Shown here piece after piece: positions 11,735 to 24,972 of a DNA stretch of 64,000 bases. A model generated the notes under the pieces. That model saw only the letters and a list, made by a program, of their open reading frames with translations, had not been told where the DNA came from and ran no database searches. The stretch's first letter is position 1, and every line of letters starts with the position of its first letter. The DNA is taken from NCBI GenBank assembly GCA_030324005.1, contig JARDVH010000132.1, positions 36,824,980 through 36,888,979 on the forward strand, read 5' to 3'. Source of the DNA: Negaprion brevirostris (taxonomy: Eukaryota). Both the position numbers and the translations under genes were made by a program.

Positions 11735-13680
11735 GTGATTTTGATTGATTTATTACCACATGTACTAGTATACAGTGAAAAATATTGTTTCTTGCATGCT
11801 ATACAAAGCATACTGTACATAAAGAAGGAAAGGAGAGAGTGAACAATGTAGTGTTAGTCATAGCTAGGGTGAAGAGAAAGATCAACTTAACGAGAGACAA
11901 GTCCATTCGAAAGTCTCACAGAAGCAGGGAAGAAGCTGTTCTTGAGTCAGTTGGTACATGACCTGAGGCTTTTGTATCTTTTTCCCCCAAAGGAAGAAGG
12001 TGGAAAAGACTATGTCCAGGGTGCGTGGGGTCCTTGATTATGCTGGCTGCTTTTCTGAGGCAGCAGGAAGTGTAGACAGAATCAATGGATGGGAAGCTGG
12101 TTTCTGTGATGGACTGGGATTCATTCACAACCCTTTGCAGTTTATCACCGTCTTGGATGGAGCAGGAGCCATACCAAGCTGTGATACAACCAGAAAGAAA
12201 GAATGCTTTCTATAATGCATCTATAAAAGTTGGACAGAGGTAGCGGATATGCCAAATTTCCATAGTCTCCTGAGAAAGTACAGACGTTGGTGGGCTTTCT
12301 TAACTATAGCATTGCTATGGAGGGACTGGGGCAGGCTGTTGGTGATCTGGCCACCTAGCAACTTGAAGCTCTCAACCATTTCCACTTCTTCCCCGTTGAT
12401 GTAGACGGGGCAAGTCCTCCACTATGCTTCCTAAAGTCAATGGCTATCTCTTTCATTTTGTTGACAATGAGAGAGAGATTATTGTTGCTGCACCAGTTGA
12501 CATCTCCCTTCTGTACTCTCTCACCACTGTTGGAGATCCAACCCACTATGGTGGTATCATCAGCAAACTTGAAAATCGAGATGGAGGGGAATTTGGTCAA
12601 ACAGTCATCGGTGTATAAGTAACGTATGGGGCTGAAGACACAGCCTTGTGGTGCACCAGTGTTGAGGATGATCGTGGAGGTGGTGTTGTCATCTATCCTT
12701 ACTGATTATGGTCTGTAGGTTTGGAAGTTAGGATCCAGTCACAGAGAGAGGAGCTGAGTCCCAGGCCATGGCGTTTGGAGATGGATCTTGTAGGAATAAT
12801 GGTATTGATGGTTGAGTTGTAATCAATAAATGGGTGTCTTTTGTCATCTTGGTGTTGCAGGGTTGAGTGTAGGGCCAGGGAGATGGCACCTCGCTGTGGA
12901 CCTATTGCAGCAGCAGGTAAACTGTAATGGATCCAGGCCATCTGGGAGGCCAGAATTGGTTAATGCCATGACTAATCTTTCAAAGCACTTCATAATGATG
13001 GATGTCAGAATCACTGGACAGTAGTCATTAAAGCACGCTGCCTGGCTTTTTTTTGGATAATCATCTTCTTGAAGCAGATAAAGAGAATTGTCTGCGAATA
13101 TCCCTGCCAGCTGGTCCACGCAGGATCTGAGTACTCGTCTGGATACCCTATCTGGTAAAAAGTCTGACAGCACCAGGTTTAAGTCCAACCGATTTATTTG
13201 ATAGTAAACTCACAAAATTTCAGGTGAATGGTGAATGTACCCTATCTGGACCAATCACTTTCCATGTTTTGACTTTTGAGAAAGCTGCTTTGACATCTAC
13301 GAGGGAGACCTCTGTTACATGTTCTTCCGAAGTTCCCAGGATGGAGATTATGTTCTTGCTGACCTCTTGCTCAAACCGGGCATAGAACACATCTAGCTCA
13401 TTGGGGAGGGATGCATTATGGTGGCAATTTTATACACTTTCATCTTGTAGCCTGTTTTGTTTTGCAGACCTTGCCATAGGCAGTGGGAGTCCACGTGGCT
13501 ATCCTGGGATTCTGACTTGTTCCGATACTGTCTTTTGGCATCTCTGATGGATGATATCTGCATTTCTTGTATAGGCCTGGGTCACCTGACTTGAACGCTT
13601 CAGACCTGGGTTTCAGCGAGCAGTGCATATCCCTATTAATTCATAGTTTCCGGTTAGGAAATACATGGATGGTCTTCACA
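11735..13680 (-). mobile_element. Rex1/Babar-like LINE (degenerate), inserted in a CR1 element
   Basis: Minus-strand ORF pieces SGDPGLYKK, VLRSCVDQLAGIFAD, FNDYCPVILTSIIMKCFERLV, LDPLQF, IFKFADDTTIVG; 3' tail like 4705-4880. Confidence 0.85.
13156..13237. mobile_element. Short Penelope-like terminal fragment with 12-bp target-site duplication
   Basis: TACCCTATCTGG at 13144-13155 and 13238-13249; insert resembles one arm of the 32615-32827 palindrome. Confidence 0.7.
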
Positions 13681-13689
13681 GTGGAAGAC

Positions 13690-14560
13690 ATAAAAAAAAG
13701 AAATAGTAGAGAACCTAGAGTTTTATTATTAGTTAAGAATGGCAATTAATGGGATTAAAAGCTGATTTAATACCCAGGATGTCACTCAAACTCCTGAGTT
13801 CAAAAAGACACGGCCGCAAAGACAATGGATGCAGTGGCTACGGTCCTCTAAAATTCCCTAGATTCTGAAATGCTTCTAGTGAGTATGAAGGCAGCAGATG
13901 TAACACTGCTATTCAAAACAAGGGAGTGTGGAAAGAGTAAATAGGTCAGTTATCTTGATATCAGTCAATGTGGTAATGCTAAAATCCATTATTAAGGTAC
14001 AGAGTGCTTAGAAATTCAGAATATGATTAGGCAGAATCAACATGGTTTCATGAAAGGGAAACTGACATCTTTAGGGTTTTTTGGGGACAGAAAATGCAAA
14101 AAATAGTACGCCTGACATCGGTGAAAAATAAAGAGTCAAGGATGACAAAATAGATAGCATGAGCATGAAAAGAAACATGCAGGGGATATTAACAATCAAC
14201 ATAAATTACAATGCTTATATTAGGATAAGTGGGTGGCCAGAAGCAGTACATCCCCCACCCCACCCTCGAAAACTGATAATGGGGACATTATGAAAATATG
14301 AAAATAAGGAAATCACAGAAATGACAAATTAGTTTGCATCTGTATTTAGAGCAGATGAAGTAGTCAGTGTAGACTTGTTGGGGATTTATTATAATCAAGT
14401 TTATAATTAAACATAGGGTGACAGAGGTTTGGAGCCCTTTCCATAAACAGCAATTGATGTTCAATCATTAATTTTAAATCCAAGATAGATAGATTTTTGT
14501 TGTTGGTACTGAAAGGCAGAGGTAGTAAAGCAAACTTTAAAAAGAGAGATGACTAAGAAC
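13690..14560 (+). mobile_element. CR1 LINE RT and 3' fragments
   Basis: gcagatgtaacactgctattcaaa (ADVTLLFK) and aggcagaatcaacatggtttcatgaaagggaa (RQNQHGFMKG). Confidence 0.65.
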
Positions 14561-14639
14561 AATTAAAAATGAAAATTAAACAACTAAAAAGGAGATAACA
14601 AATAAATATTTACTTGTGTATAATAATCTACCATGATTC

Positions 14640-16270
14640 ACTGGTTTCTTCAAATCAATTTTGTTAAACAACCTTTAGTGTCATGGTGTGTCAAATGCTT
14701 GCTTAAAATACATATAATACAACGTCCACAGTAATCCCTTTATCAGCCTTCTTGGCTACTTCAAAACATTTGATTAGATTAATCAAGCAGGATCTGCTTT
14801 TTACAAGTCCATGGTGGTTTTTCTCAAATAACTCAAACCTCTTCAAATGCTTGATGTTTTTTCCCCAATTGAGACACTAAAACCACACCCACCACTGATG
14901 TTAAGACTAACTGGCTTATAGTTGCTAGTCTGGAGCTTGTGTTGTTTCTTGACGAAGTGTCATATTTGTCACACTCCAATCCTCCAGTACCTCCCCACAT
15001 CTGAGGACACTTGGAAAATTAAGAGTCATCCTTCCATTATGCCCATCCTCACTTCCTTCAGCAATCTAGAACGCAACTTATCCAGTCCAAGTGACTTATC
15101 TAACCGAAGCTTAACTAGCCTTTCTATTACCACTTCCCTTTCAACTTTCATTGCCTCCTCTATCTCGGCTTCTACTGAAGATGTCAGATCTCTCTTCCTT
15201 AGTAAATACCAATCCAAAGAACTCAGTTAAGTATTCTAGCCTGACCTGTGCTTCTAAGCATTTATCATCATCTTTGTCCACCTCACTTAGTATTTACGTG
15301 CAGGTAGATTTTGGTGTTCCTTTTATTATGTTGCCAGTCTACTTTCATATTCTGTCTTTGCCAGTCTTACTTTCCTCTACACCTCCCTTCTCAACCCAAC
15401 ATGTTTGACCTGTTTTCAGTTGAACTCACCCAATAAACATGTGACCGTAAGATGAAGCAGCAGAAATAGACCAGTCATTCAGTCTGTTCCACCAATGAGA
15501 TCATAACTAATCTGACATGATAATCCTCATCTCCACTTTCCCACTTTATGTCTCTAATCCTTGATTCCCTTGCCGATTAAAAGTCTATCTCAGCCCTGAA
15601 CGTAGTTAATGGCCCAGCCGTTTCATCCCTTACAGCAAAGAATTTCACATATTTCCCCCTACAATCTCAATAAGGCCATCTCTCATTTTTCTAAACTCCA
15701 ATGCATGCAGGATCAACCTCATCTCACAAAAGAAAATATCTTCAAACCCAGGATCAACCTAGTGAACACCAAGATAAAAGCAAAATACTGCAGATGCTGG
15801 AATGTTAAACAAAAACAGAAAATGCTGGAAAATCTCAGCAGGGCTGACAGCATCTGTACCGAGAGAACAGAGCCAACGGTGAGCCTGGATCACCCTGCAT
15901 CAGAGCTCACTCTCTCCACAGATGCTGTCAGACTTGCTGGGATTTTCCAGCATTTTCTGTTTTTGTTTCAATCTAATGAACCTTATCTGGACTGTATCCA
16001 ATGCCTGCATATATTTCCTTAAAGATGGGGACCACCATAAAGCTTCATACACGTTCCTTTTATGTTCCATCACAATTGAAGTCCTTTGTCACCCAATCTG
16101 CCTTTTTTTTTAAAGATTCTGATAAGGGTTTATGGAAGGGAATATATATACCATATACCTGAACATCTTTGCCTTAAATATCACCCATTGTTCCATTCTT
16201 GACTATTTTTTGAGTTGCAGTATAAGCTTAATTTTACCTGAGCTAGATTCCTTCTCATCACATTGAAATT
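14640..16270 (-). mobile_element. Cluster of CR1 LINE fragments
   Basis: ORF 15026..15217 VIERLVKLRLDKSLGLDKLRSRLLKEV (CR1 KSPGPD..HPRLLKE); HGLVKSRSCLINLI motif near 14780-14820; CR1 3' end near 15440-15620. Confidence 0.7.
15768..15969. repeat. Palindromic Penelope-like terminal element inserted in CR1
   Basis: ~58-bp inverted arms at 15807-15866 and 15911-15968; degenerate flanking duplication aacctagtgaac / aatctaatgaac. Confidence 0.7.
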
Positions 16271-16289
16271 AGCACTCTTGCATTAGTAA

Positions 16290-17345
16290 AGTCCCTTTAA
16301 TAAGAGACCACATAGAAGCTTAATAAACAAAATTAGAGCATGTGGAATGGGGGGAAATGTATTGACATGGATTGAGGACTTGTTAAGGACAGAACACAGT
16401 CGTAGAAATAAATTGGTTATTCTTAGGTTGGCAGACTGCAACTAGTGATGTTCTACAAGGATCAATACTTGGATCCCAGCTGTTCACAATCTATATCAAT
16501 GATGTGGATGCAAGGACCAAAGGTAACATTTCCGAAGTTAGCTAATGGCACAAAACCCGGTGGCAGAAAGATTTGGGGAAGGACGCAAAGAGTCTTCAAG
16601 AGGACTTGACAGGCTTAGACTGTGGGCAAGAACAGGGCAGATGGCATATAATACAAAAAAATGTGAAGTTCTCCACTTTTGTTCGGAAAAACAGAAATAC
16701 AGATTATTTACTAAAATGGTGAGAGATCAGGAATTGTTGATGTTTAAAAGGTGTCCTTGTTCACATGTCATGAAAAGCTAACATGCTGGTGCAACAAGCA
16801 ATTAGGAAGGCAAATGGTTTTTACTGCAAGGGGATTTGGATACATGAATAAAGATGTCTTGCTTCACTTGTATAGAACCGTAATTCGATCACACCTGGAG
16901 TATTACATACAGTTTTGATCCCCTTACTGAAGAGAGGACATACTTGCCACAGAGGGAGCACAGGAAACATGCACCAAACAACTTCCTAGGATGATGGGAC
17001 TGTCCTATGAGGAGAATTTGAGGAGACTAGGCCTTCTCTTCACCAAAATGTTGATGAATGAGATGGAAACTTACAACATTCATGGGGCTAGAGGGGTCAA
17101 TCATGAGGCGTGTAATATCAATGGTCACAGTCTCAGACTGAGCAATTCTCTACCTCAGAGGGCTGTGGAAGCTCAGTTGTTGAAAATGTTCAAGACAATG
17201 ATCAAAAAGTTTCCAAATGCTAGTGATGACATGGGAGATTAAGGGAGCATGGAAAAATGATGCTGAGGCAGATGATCAGTCATGATCCAGCTGAATGGTG
17301 GAACAGACTTGAGGGGGTGAATGGCCTACACATGCTCCTATAGTA
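16290..17345 (+). mobile_element. CR1 LINE RT C-terminus and 3' end
   Basis: TSDVLQGSILGSQLFTIYIND, KCEVLHF, MMGLSYEENLRRLGL, NSLPQRAVEA; 3' UTR tcagtcatgatccagctgaatggtgg...aatggccta. Confidence 0.85.
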
Positions 17346-18804
17346 AAACTAGTTCCCTTATTTCTGCAGCAGAATCTTATACCATGCAACTCTGATTTAC
17401 AAATCTGTTGCTATTTCAGGATGCTCATTTTAAGAATGCAAATTTAGAAAGCCAGAGAATAGACTTTCCTCTCCAACCTCGATCTCAAAGGCACCTCAAT
17501 TGTTCAGCTTTAAAATAAGGTTGTTCATCAAAACATATACAAATATAAAATAATGTAATTTTCATTTACAATACTCAAAACAGATGTGCAACACTAATGC
17601 AGTAACACCATATTAAATTCAGGAAAGAAAATCATATTCCTTATAAAGTTATCATACATTTAAAAATAGGAAGGCACTAGATAACAAACAATAAAATTTT
17701 ATAAAAGTCAATGTATTTTGATTTTAATAAAAACCAGTGTCAGGGAAGCTCAAACACTGCAACTCAACAAATGAGCTAAATATGAACAGTTGTGATTTTA
17801 ATCCACTTCAATTAAGTTATCTGGACTTTTAAAATAGTCTGCTCAATAGTCCAACTAGTACCTCAAAAACTACAACGTAAGACAGAGATTTTAAAAAACG
17901 TCATGCACTTTAGCTCTACAGCAGCAAAATTAAAGTTCAGCATATAGCTCCAGATTTAAAATATTTCATGCAGGCAAACACACAAAAGTATGTGACAAAC
18001 AGTAATTCACCTGTCAAAAAGCCATTGGGAGCTAAAGGGAACCAAACAACTGAGGAACTTCACAAGAAAAAAAATGAAAAACATGTCGAACAAAAATCTG
18101 GTTTATTCCTGTGAGCAACCTAGTTGCCTTCAAAATTATTAGCTGCATGCAACACAATATTATGACAAGCAAAACAGTACAAGTGCAAGTATGAATCATG
18201 CACATTTTTATCACATAATAAAAACTTGAAATTAGAGAGACAAAGTTCTGTACAGGTTCTTAAAAATTAGGAAAGAAATCAATGGAAAAATTAACACAAA
18301 TTTTAACTCCACCACTTCTAAACTCATCAATACCTTGCTGAAAGGTACCACTCTCCTACAATCCCTTGCCATTTTACATGCATGATTCAAGACAGCAAGC
18401 CATGTGTCAAGTATTGCACTGAAGCCGAATGTACTACAATCTCTCCGATCTAAAAATCTATTGTTCAGGAACACCAGTTGTCGAGAAATCTTTTAGCAGA
18501 CCCAAACAACTCAGACTTGCACACCGCAATAAATCAAGGCAGCATGGGCTCAGTAAAGATAATGAATGCTTAACTCTTCCTTCCTGTGGATCACAGTATT
18601 TTTAGAAAGACAGTTCTGGAGCAAGCAGAGCAGGTATCAAATACAAGATAAAAATGTTAAACAAACTCAAAGTTGTGTTCATATAACCCAAGGCTTGTAA
18701 TCCGCATTAGCTGGCCACCCTGGCTTGCTCTTGCTGTTGATCAGTCACTTATGTTTCAGGTAACTACTTATACCTACTGCATTTTTCAGTTCAAGCATTT
18801 CAGT

Positions 18805-18885
18805 CATTCTATAATCCAAAAAATTTCAAAATCCAGAAATTACTTGGTCCCAAACATTCTGGACAGGAGAGATAACAATATATTG
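18805..18885 (+). mobile_element. Possible Tigger/pogo-like DNA transposon terminal remnant
   Basis: aatccagaaattacttggtcccaaacattctggacaggagataacaa resembles Tigger-type 3' termini as I recall them; short and degenerate. Confidence 0.3.
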
Positions 18886-20559
18886 TCTTTATACAACAAG
18901 TTCCAGCAAAGATCACTGGATACTGATCAGGAACAGAAAACCAACTAACTTCTTGAGATCAATTAACTGCCCCAATTGAGAACAAACAAGTAGAGACTTG
19001 AAATCAAACCAACTTTAGAGCCATCCACAGATATTTGTTTCAGCTATTCTTCGCATTAACTATCTGAACCATCCAGGGCAAAAGGAAATCCAAAGGTAAG
19101 GATTCTGAAAACCTACACAGCTAAGTGTCAGTGAGTTCAGAGAAGCTATAGAAGCTGAGGAGAGACCCATTTGTCACAAAGCAACTCGAAACAATGAAGG
19201 TTTGGTAAGGTGCAATGTGCTGGGTAAGTCTTCATGCAATTGTTAAACACCCAGCGTATGTGGAGTTGCAATAAGTAACGAGGGGAATTTGTTCATACAG
19301 CAGAAAAATAACTCCTTAGTAATAATATTAAAAATACCTTTGTATTATTTTAGTATTACCAGGCAAATCCAGCACAGCTGATCACAAGTCAACATAAATC
19401 CATTAGGAATCTCTGACTAAAAGACTAACTGAAGAGTGATCTTCCCAATGGCAAGTCCTAACAATTCCAGCAGTTTTGCATAGCCTTATAGCTGATTCCA
19501 CAATTTGGGTTTTACAAGCCTCACACTGACCATAATGATTAGAGATCTCTTGTAGAAAAACTCTAACAAAATACAGTGACCAAAAAAAATCAACCAAATA
19601 ATTAGTATATTGAAAAAAGTTTAAGTAAAAATTATATTTCACTAATCCTCAGTAGTATATAGATTTATGAAATCACCATGACCATAACATCAACATGTAG
19701 TAATGAACATTCATCGCATTTAAATTTATTTCATTCCTTGTAAGGTAAAGTAAATAAGAACAATATTTCATCAACTTCTCTGAAACAGCTTACAAAAAGA
19801 AAAATTGGCTACAAAAGCAATAGTACCAAAAAATTTGGTTTATCAACCTAAGTAAGGCCTGTCAGCACACCACAACTTATTTGAAATCACCATCCACTAC
19901 GATTTTTAAATGGGGACGGGTAACTTTAAACTTCAGAAACCTTGCAGATGTCTGCAAGAGCTCTGGTTTCAAGAGATATAAATCACATTATGTCAAACAA
20001 GGATTGAGCAAGAGGAGAACTGCCATACCATTGTATGTATGCTTATCTTGTTACACCCAATAAGAATAAGGACACTCTTTGGATATAATGTGTCCTGTTT
20101 AATGAGCTACATATTATAAAAATAGGTAATGCTCATACAAAGCAATATTCTTTCAATACAAGCAAAATTGTTAACGGCCTCAGCATATATTCCACTGTTG
20201 CAAGTTTTACTTTTACATATTCTTCCCATTTATTGCAACTGAAGAGCATGTTCAAAGCCAAGGCAAAAAACAATTAATTTAAAAATCTAATTTTACACAT
20301 CCTACCCATGATCACATCACATTGGCAGTCAGTACTTTAATTAATATGGTACTGTAATTCTAAGGCTAAGACAGTTATCTCAGAGTTGGTCTGTTTGCTC
20401 TCCTGACTCAGTAAGTTTACTTAATAGATAAGCTCACTGAGCAAACCTAAAGAGTCAATGCCTGCCAAAATGAAACAAGGGAAGAGGGAAAATAAATGAT
20501 TACCTCCAGCCCCTCCACTTACAGGATTCCAGGTTTTATAAATAATAGAGACAGAGTAC

Positions 20560-21120
20560 AAAAGCACAGGAATTCTGGTGAATCCTTTTAAAAATACTTG
20601 TTCAGTCTCAAATGGAGTATTGAGTTCAATATTGGGCACCACACTTCCTAGGAGCGTGAAATCAATGGAAAGGGAGCCGAAAAAATTTATGAAAATTATC
20701 CGAGAGATGAGGGACTTCTGCGCTTGGACAGATTAGAAAAGCTGGAGGTGTTCTCCCTGTAACGAGGGAAAAGTGTTTAAAATCATGAGGGATCTGGACT
20801 GATATGGAGAAGCCACACTCACTGGCGGAAGGGTCGAGAACCAGAGGACACCGATTTAAAGTGAATGGCAAAAGAACATAAGGAAAAACCTTTTTTTAAA
20901 AACACAGTAATTGGTTAGAACCTGTAATGCATGACCTGAACGTGGCAGAGCCATATCCAATCAAGGTGTTTAAAAGTGAACTGGATAATTGTCTAATAGA
21001 AGAAAATTGCAGAGGAAGAAGCAAGAGAGTGGGGTTAATTGAGTTACTGTTGCAGACAGCCAGCATAGACATGACAGGCCAAACATTACAGCCTAAAATT
21101 AGGTAATTCTGTGATTCTCT
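20560..21120 (+). mobile_element. CR1 LINE 3' fragment
   Basis: gattagaaaagctggaggtgttctccc, tcgagaaccagaggacaccgatttaaagtg (SRTRGHRFKV) and CR1-type 3' UTR. Confidence 0.75.
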
Positions 21121-22059
21121 CAAAGACTTATCATGTGCCNNNNNNNNNNNNNNNNNNNNNNNNNNNNNNNNNNNNNNNNNNNNNNNNNNNNNNNNNNNNN
21201 NNNNNNNNNNNNNNNNNNNNNNNNNNNNNNNNNNNNNNNAGAATTATCATGTGCCAAGGTATATTCAACAGGCATCAGCAACTCTCCACTAACTCACTTA
21301 GGTTGTCATTTTTCAAGTGAATCTCAATAGCGCCAAATTATTTGACTACAAAAAACACTATAACCTTGATCCAATCTTCAGCTTACGCTCACACACGGAT
21401 TCACAACAGGCAAACTCATAGGACAGCTATTCAATAAAACTAGTTTTGTTCTCGCCATGAACAGCTGCTGCAGAAATTTACATCAGTTAACTCTGAGGCA
21501 TCAAACTTTTTAAACCATGCACAGCATTTACTCACTAAACTAGCAAGAAAATCACCCATTTCTTTCAACCAGATCCCCAGTAGTAATATCCTATTTGATG
21601 AAACTATAAGTGTGGTATCTATGACTTGCTTCTCAAAAAATCAGTTTAATGCTCTTATTAAAATAGACCTGGGCCTGTTGCCATTTCACAGGCAATTCTG
21701 CATCGAATGGCAGCAGACAGGATTTCCATCTGCCCTTGGATGGAAGACCCATCTTGGAGTGCTGCCAGCCAGATTGGCTGACATCCTCCCCACTCCCAAC
21801 GCTGCAGTTGTCACAAAAGTGACTGCAGCATCATGCCTGAGGTTGAGCCTTGGGACTGTGCTTCAGGCAAGAACCAGGGATCACGGGGAAAGGGGGATGC
21901 TCTAGTGTCAGGGAATGGGGAGAGCATCCAGATCCCCGAGGAGAGGGCATCCCAAATCTGAAGGGGCTGTCACCATTCCCCCCGTCCCTCCTGTCCTAGA
22001 TCAAGATTGTTAACTTTTTTCTATTCAGCATCCTGATCTCAAATCGGTGCCCACCAGCC

Positions 22060-22205
22060 TAAAAGTCAGCTCTGACAAAGAGTCATCCAGCCTCAAAACG
22101 TTGACTCTATTCTCTCCCAACAGATATTGCGAGACCTTCAGAGATTTTCCAACATTTTTGGTTTTTGTGTTTCTGATTCCAACATCGGCAATATTTTGCC
22201 TTTAA
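22060..22205. repeat. Single-arm copy of the Penelope-like terminal repeat seen at 15768-15969
   Basis: ctctcccaacagatattgcgagaccttcagagattttccaacatttttggtttttg resembles 15911-15968. Confidence 0.6.
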
Positions 22206-22459
22206 AAAAGGAAGCTGGATAAGGAAAAGACTTCAAGTGAGGGTCTTAACAGATGCATGGGACAGTTTCCAATTCAAAGCCCCATCTACCCTACCATGAA
22301 ATTGCACCTAGATCAGGGTGGATGGGATCCCAGAGGGAATCCTATCCATTGAACTTTTTTAAACTGCCTTTTTTTTAAATCAGTGAAATACATAGGAATG
22401 TGCAATGTACCATACTGTACACTTGTATTAAAACTCTCCTGATAAAATAGCAAGTAAAT

Positions 22460-22675
22460 TACATAGAAACATAGAAGACAGGAGCAAGAGGAGGCCATTT
22501 GGCCCTTTGAGCCTGTTCTGCCATTCATTACGACCATGGCTGATCATCTAACTCCATAGCCTAATCCTGCTTTTTCCACCCGCCCCCCCACCCGCAAAAA
22601 CCTTTCAGCCTATTCATTTCAAGTGCTATATCCAGCCACCTTTTGAATACATTAAACGTTTTGGTAGCAACTGTA
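22460..22675 (-). mobile_element. CR1 LINE 3' end
   Basis: catagaaacatagaa tail followed by ggccatttggccctttgagcctgttctgccattcatt...catggctgatc. Confidence 0.75.
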
Positions 22676-23493
22676 GATTACTATTATTGTTCAGATGCAA
22701 AATGAAAATCAAGCATATCACCAAAGACAAAATGCTCAATTAGAAGAGACTACTTCTTAAATTTAGATTAAATCTAAACCACATATTGCTACAAATCAGC
22801 ATACACAGAAGCATAAATAGAAATTATTTCATATATAATCAGCCACTAGATGGAGTCTGCTTTTCAAAATATTTAATATTTGCTTTTCAGAGTAAATAAA
22901 AAAAGATTGCTGTGGGAACAAATAAACCACGTGTAACAACAGATCATTCACTTTTTTGTATTGCTTTTATCAGATATTAGACCCAATGTCACTTAGCTTT
23001 CTATAAAACAGCAAATGTTACCCAAGTATCATGACATATGTCCTTGCATATATCCAATCAATCTCTTCAAAAGTGAATGTGATCTTGCTAGCAGATAGCA
23101 TATCAACAGAATATCCTTCTGTAGTTGTTTCCAACAAATGTTCAAATTCTGAATTACTTTTTTTTTTACAAAAACGATTACAACTAAGATTCATGCTAAC
23201 TGATTAACTAATTACAAAATCGTTTCATTAAAAATTCCAAACTAAAAATACTAAAGGTAACAAAATAGACTAAATGCCTTTCATATTTTCTTTCTAACGT
23301 AGCATTTAAGTCCAACTAAAAACAGTTGTGCCTACAGACAAAACAGTGCTTTTTCCCCTATTTAATAACCGGATGGCCTCAACCTGTACAATAGTCACAC
23401 AATTATCACTAAACACACCATTTGTAACACGCAAAAATATATAAAATCATCAACATAAGACAATTTAGCTTATTAAAATGTAAAGCGACTTAC

Positions 23494-23548
23494 CTCCGTT
23501 GTCAGTCCTCTTGAGAGCGCCATCCTTATGAGGGCAAAGTTCACATTT
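23494..23548 (-). CDS. MLLT10: MLLT10 coding exon 3 (55 nt)
   Basis: Encodes KCELCPHKDGALKRTDNG+G; acceptor ctttcttccaag|, donor G|gtaagt; too short for the ORF track. Confidence 0.95.
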
Positions 23549-24892
23549 CTTGGAAGAAAGAAAGATATAAAAATAAACAAGTACTCTACACCACCTAAAC
23601 GACTGGTGCTCGCTGCCAAGCTGCACTGTCGCTAGAATTAATCACAATCAATTAAGTCACCTAGTATCTGTCATTTATTGAAATCGGTTTCGATTCAAAC
23701 GCCCAACCTCGTAGACTTCAATAAGATTCCACTCTATATGCATAGCGTCGTAAATTAGCATGCTCCACTTATTTTACCCCCAACTGCGCCGAAAATGTCA
23801 CTTGCTCTAGCCTTTCTACTCTGAAATAACATTGTTGTGCATAGGTCTGTGGGGCATACGCAAATACCTCTAACAGAGTAGCACAAAAACTAAAATTTTC
23901 ATTAGTCTGCCATTTGCTAATACACCAATGTCAGATACATTTATTCCGCCCACCCCCCACCATACACAAGCAATAAGCGGAGTCGTTTGCATAGAGACGC
24001 AAACAAGCATTCACACTTCTGCAACTTCGGGGCAATCGAAACTCAACCAGCTAAAAATATTTTAAAAATCGCTTCTGTATTTCAGCTCACGGCTGAAAAT
24101 GTGAAGTCCTTGTTTTACTCATTAAATACTAATATAGCAGCAGCGCAAGTGAACCGCCACCCCAGAAAACGTACTAAGACGGCGATCCTTTGGTTTTGAA
24201 AAACAAATCCCTCTTGTAGCTCTGCTAAATGAATGTCGTTGAGGCGCTGCCCTACATACTGCAAATAGCAGCACTTCACACAGTCTTCCGCATATTTTAT
24301 TTTCGTCACTTTGGGAGGCCGCTGATCATGCAGTGAAAGCACGCAATGATGACGGTTCTGTGCGCCCATCGTGATTGCTCCACCAATCGACACCAGGCAA
24401 CTAGGGAATTAAAAAAAATCCCTATTCTCTGCGAAACCGGCACGTGAGCCATAATAAAAGGGGGAAGGGAAGAGAAGAAATCGCATCCAGCCATCTCAAC
24501 AGCTTTGTTATGGCAGTGACTATCATTTTATCCCAGCGCCTTACAATCTGTGGCACAAAATTTTGAATCTTTGATTACAGAACTCTTCAAATCGACATTA
24601 TACTGCTATAGAGAATTAGAACAACGTCCATTTTAAAAAACTAACGATCACTGCCAAGAACAATAAAATACGAAGTACTGCAATTCTGCAGTTTTGGAAT
24701 GAACATTTCCATTTAACCGGATTTCCACAAACTGGAGTTATGAAAGGATTAATCACAAATATTCATTTTGAAACTACAAAGACCACAATATCAGGTTATC
24801 TTTGCTGGAGTTCATCAGCAGCAGTTTGGAGTTAAACCGGAGATAAAACACTTCCAGGGCCAAAAAAGGGTACCAGAAAGTCGTAGACTCAC

Positions 24893-24972
24893 CACTCGAG
24901 CGGCTCTCTCCTGCGATTCACATTTTCGACAAAACCACGGTCCAGTGGGTACTTGCACAATCCCATAACATG
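24893..24972 (-). CDS. MLLT10: MLLT10 coding exon 2 (80 nt)
   Basis: Encodes (A)CYGIVQVPTGPWFCRKCESQERAARV; acceptor ttgcag|CA, donor GTG|gtgagt. Confidence 0.97.
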
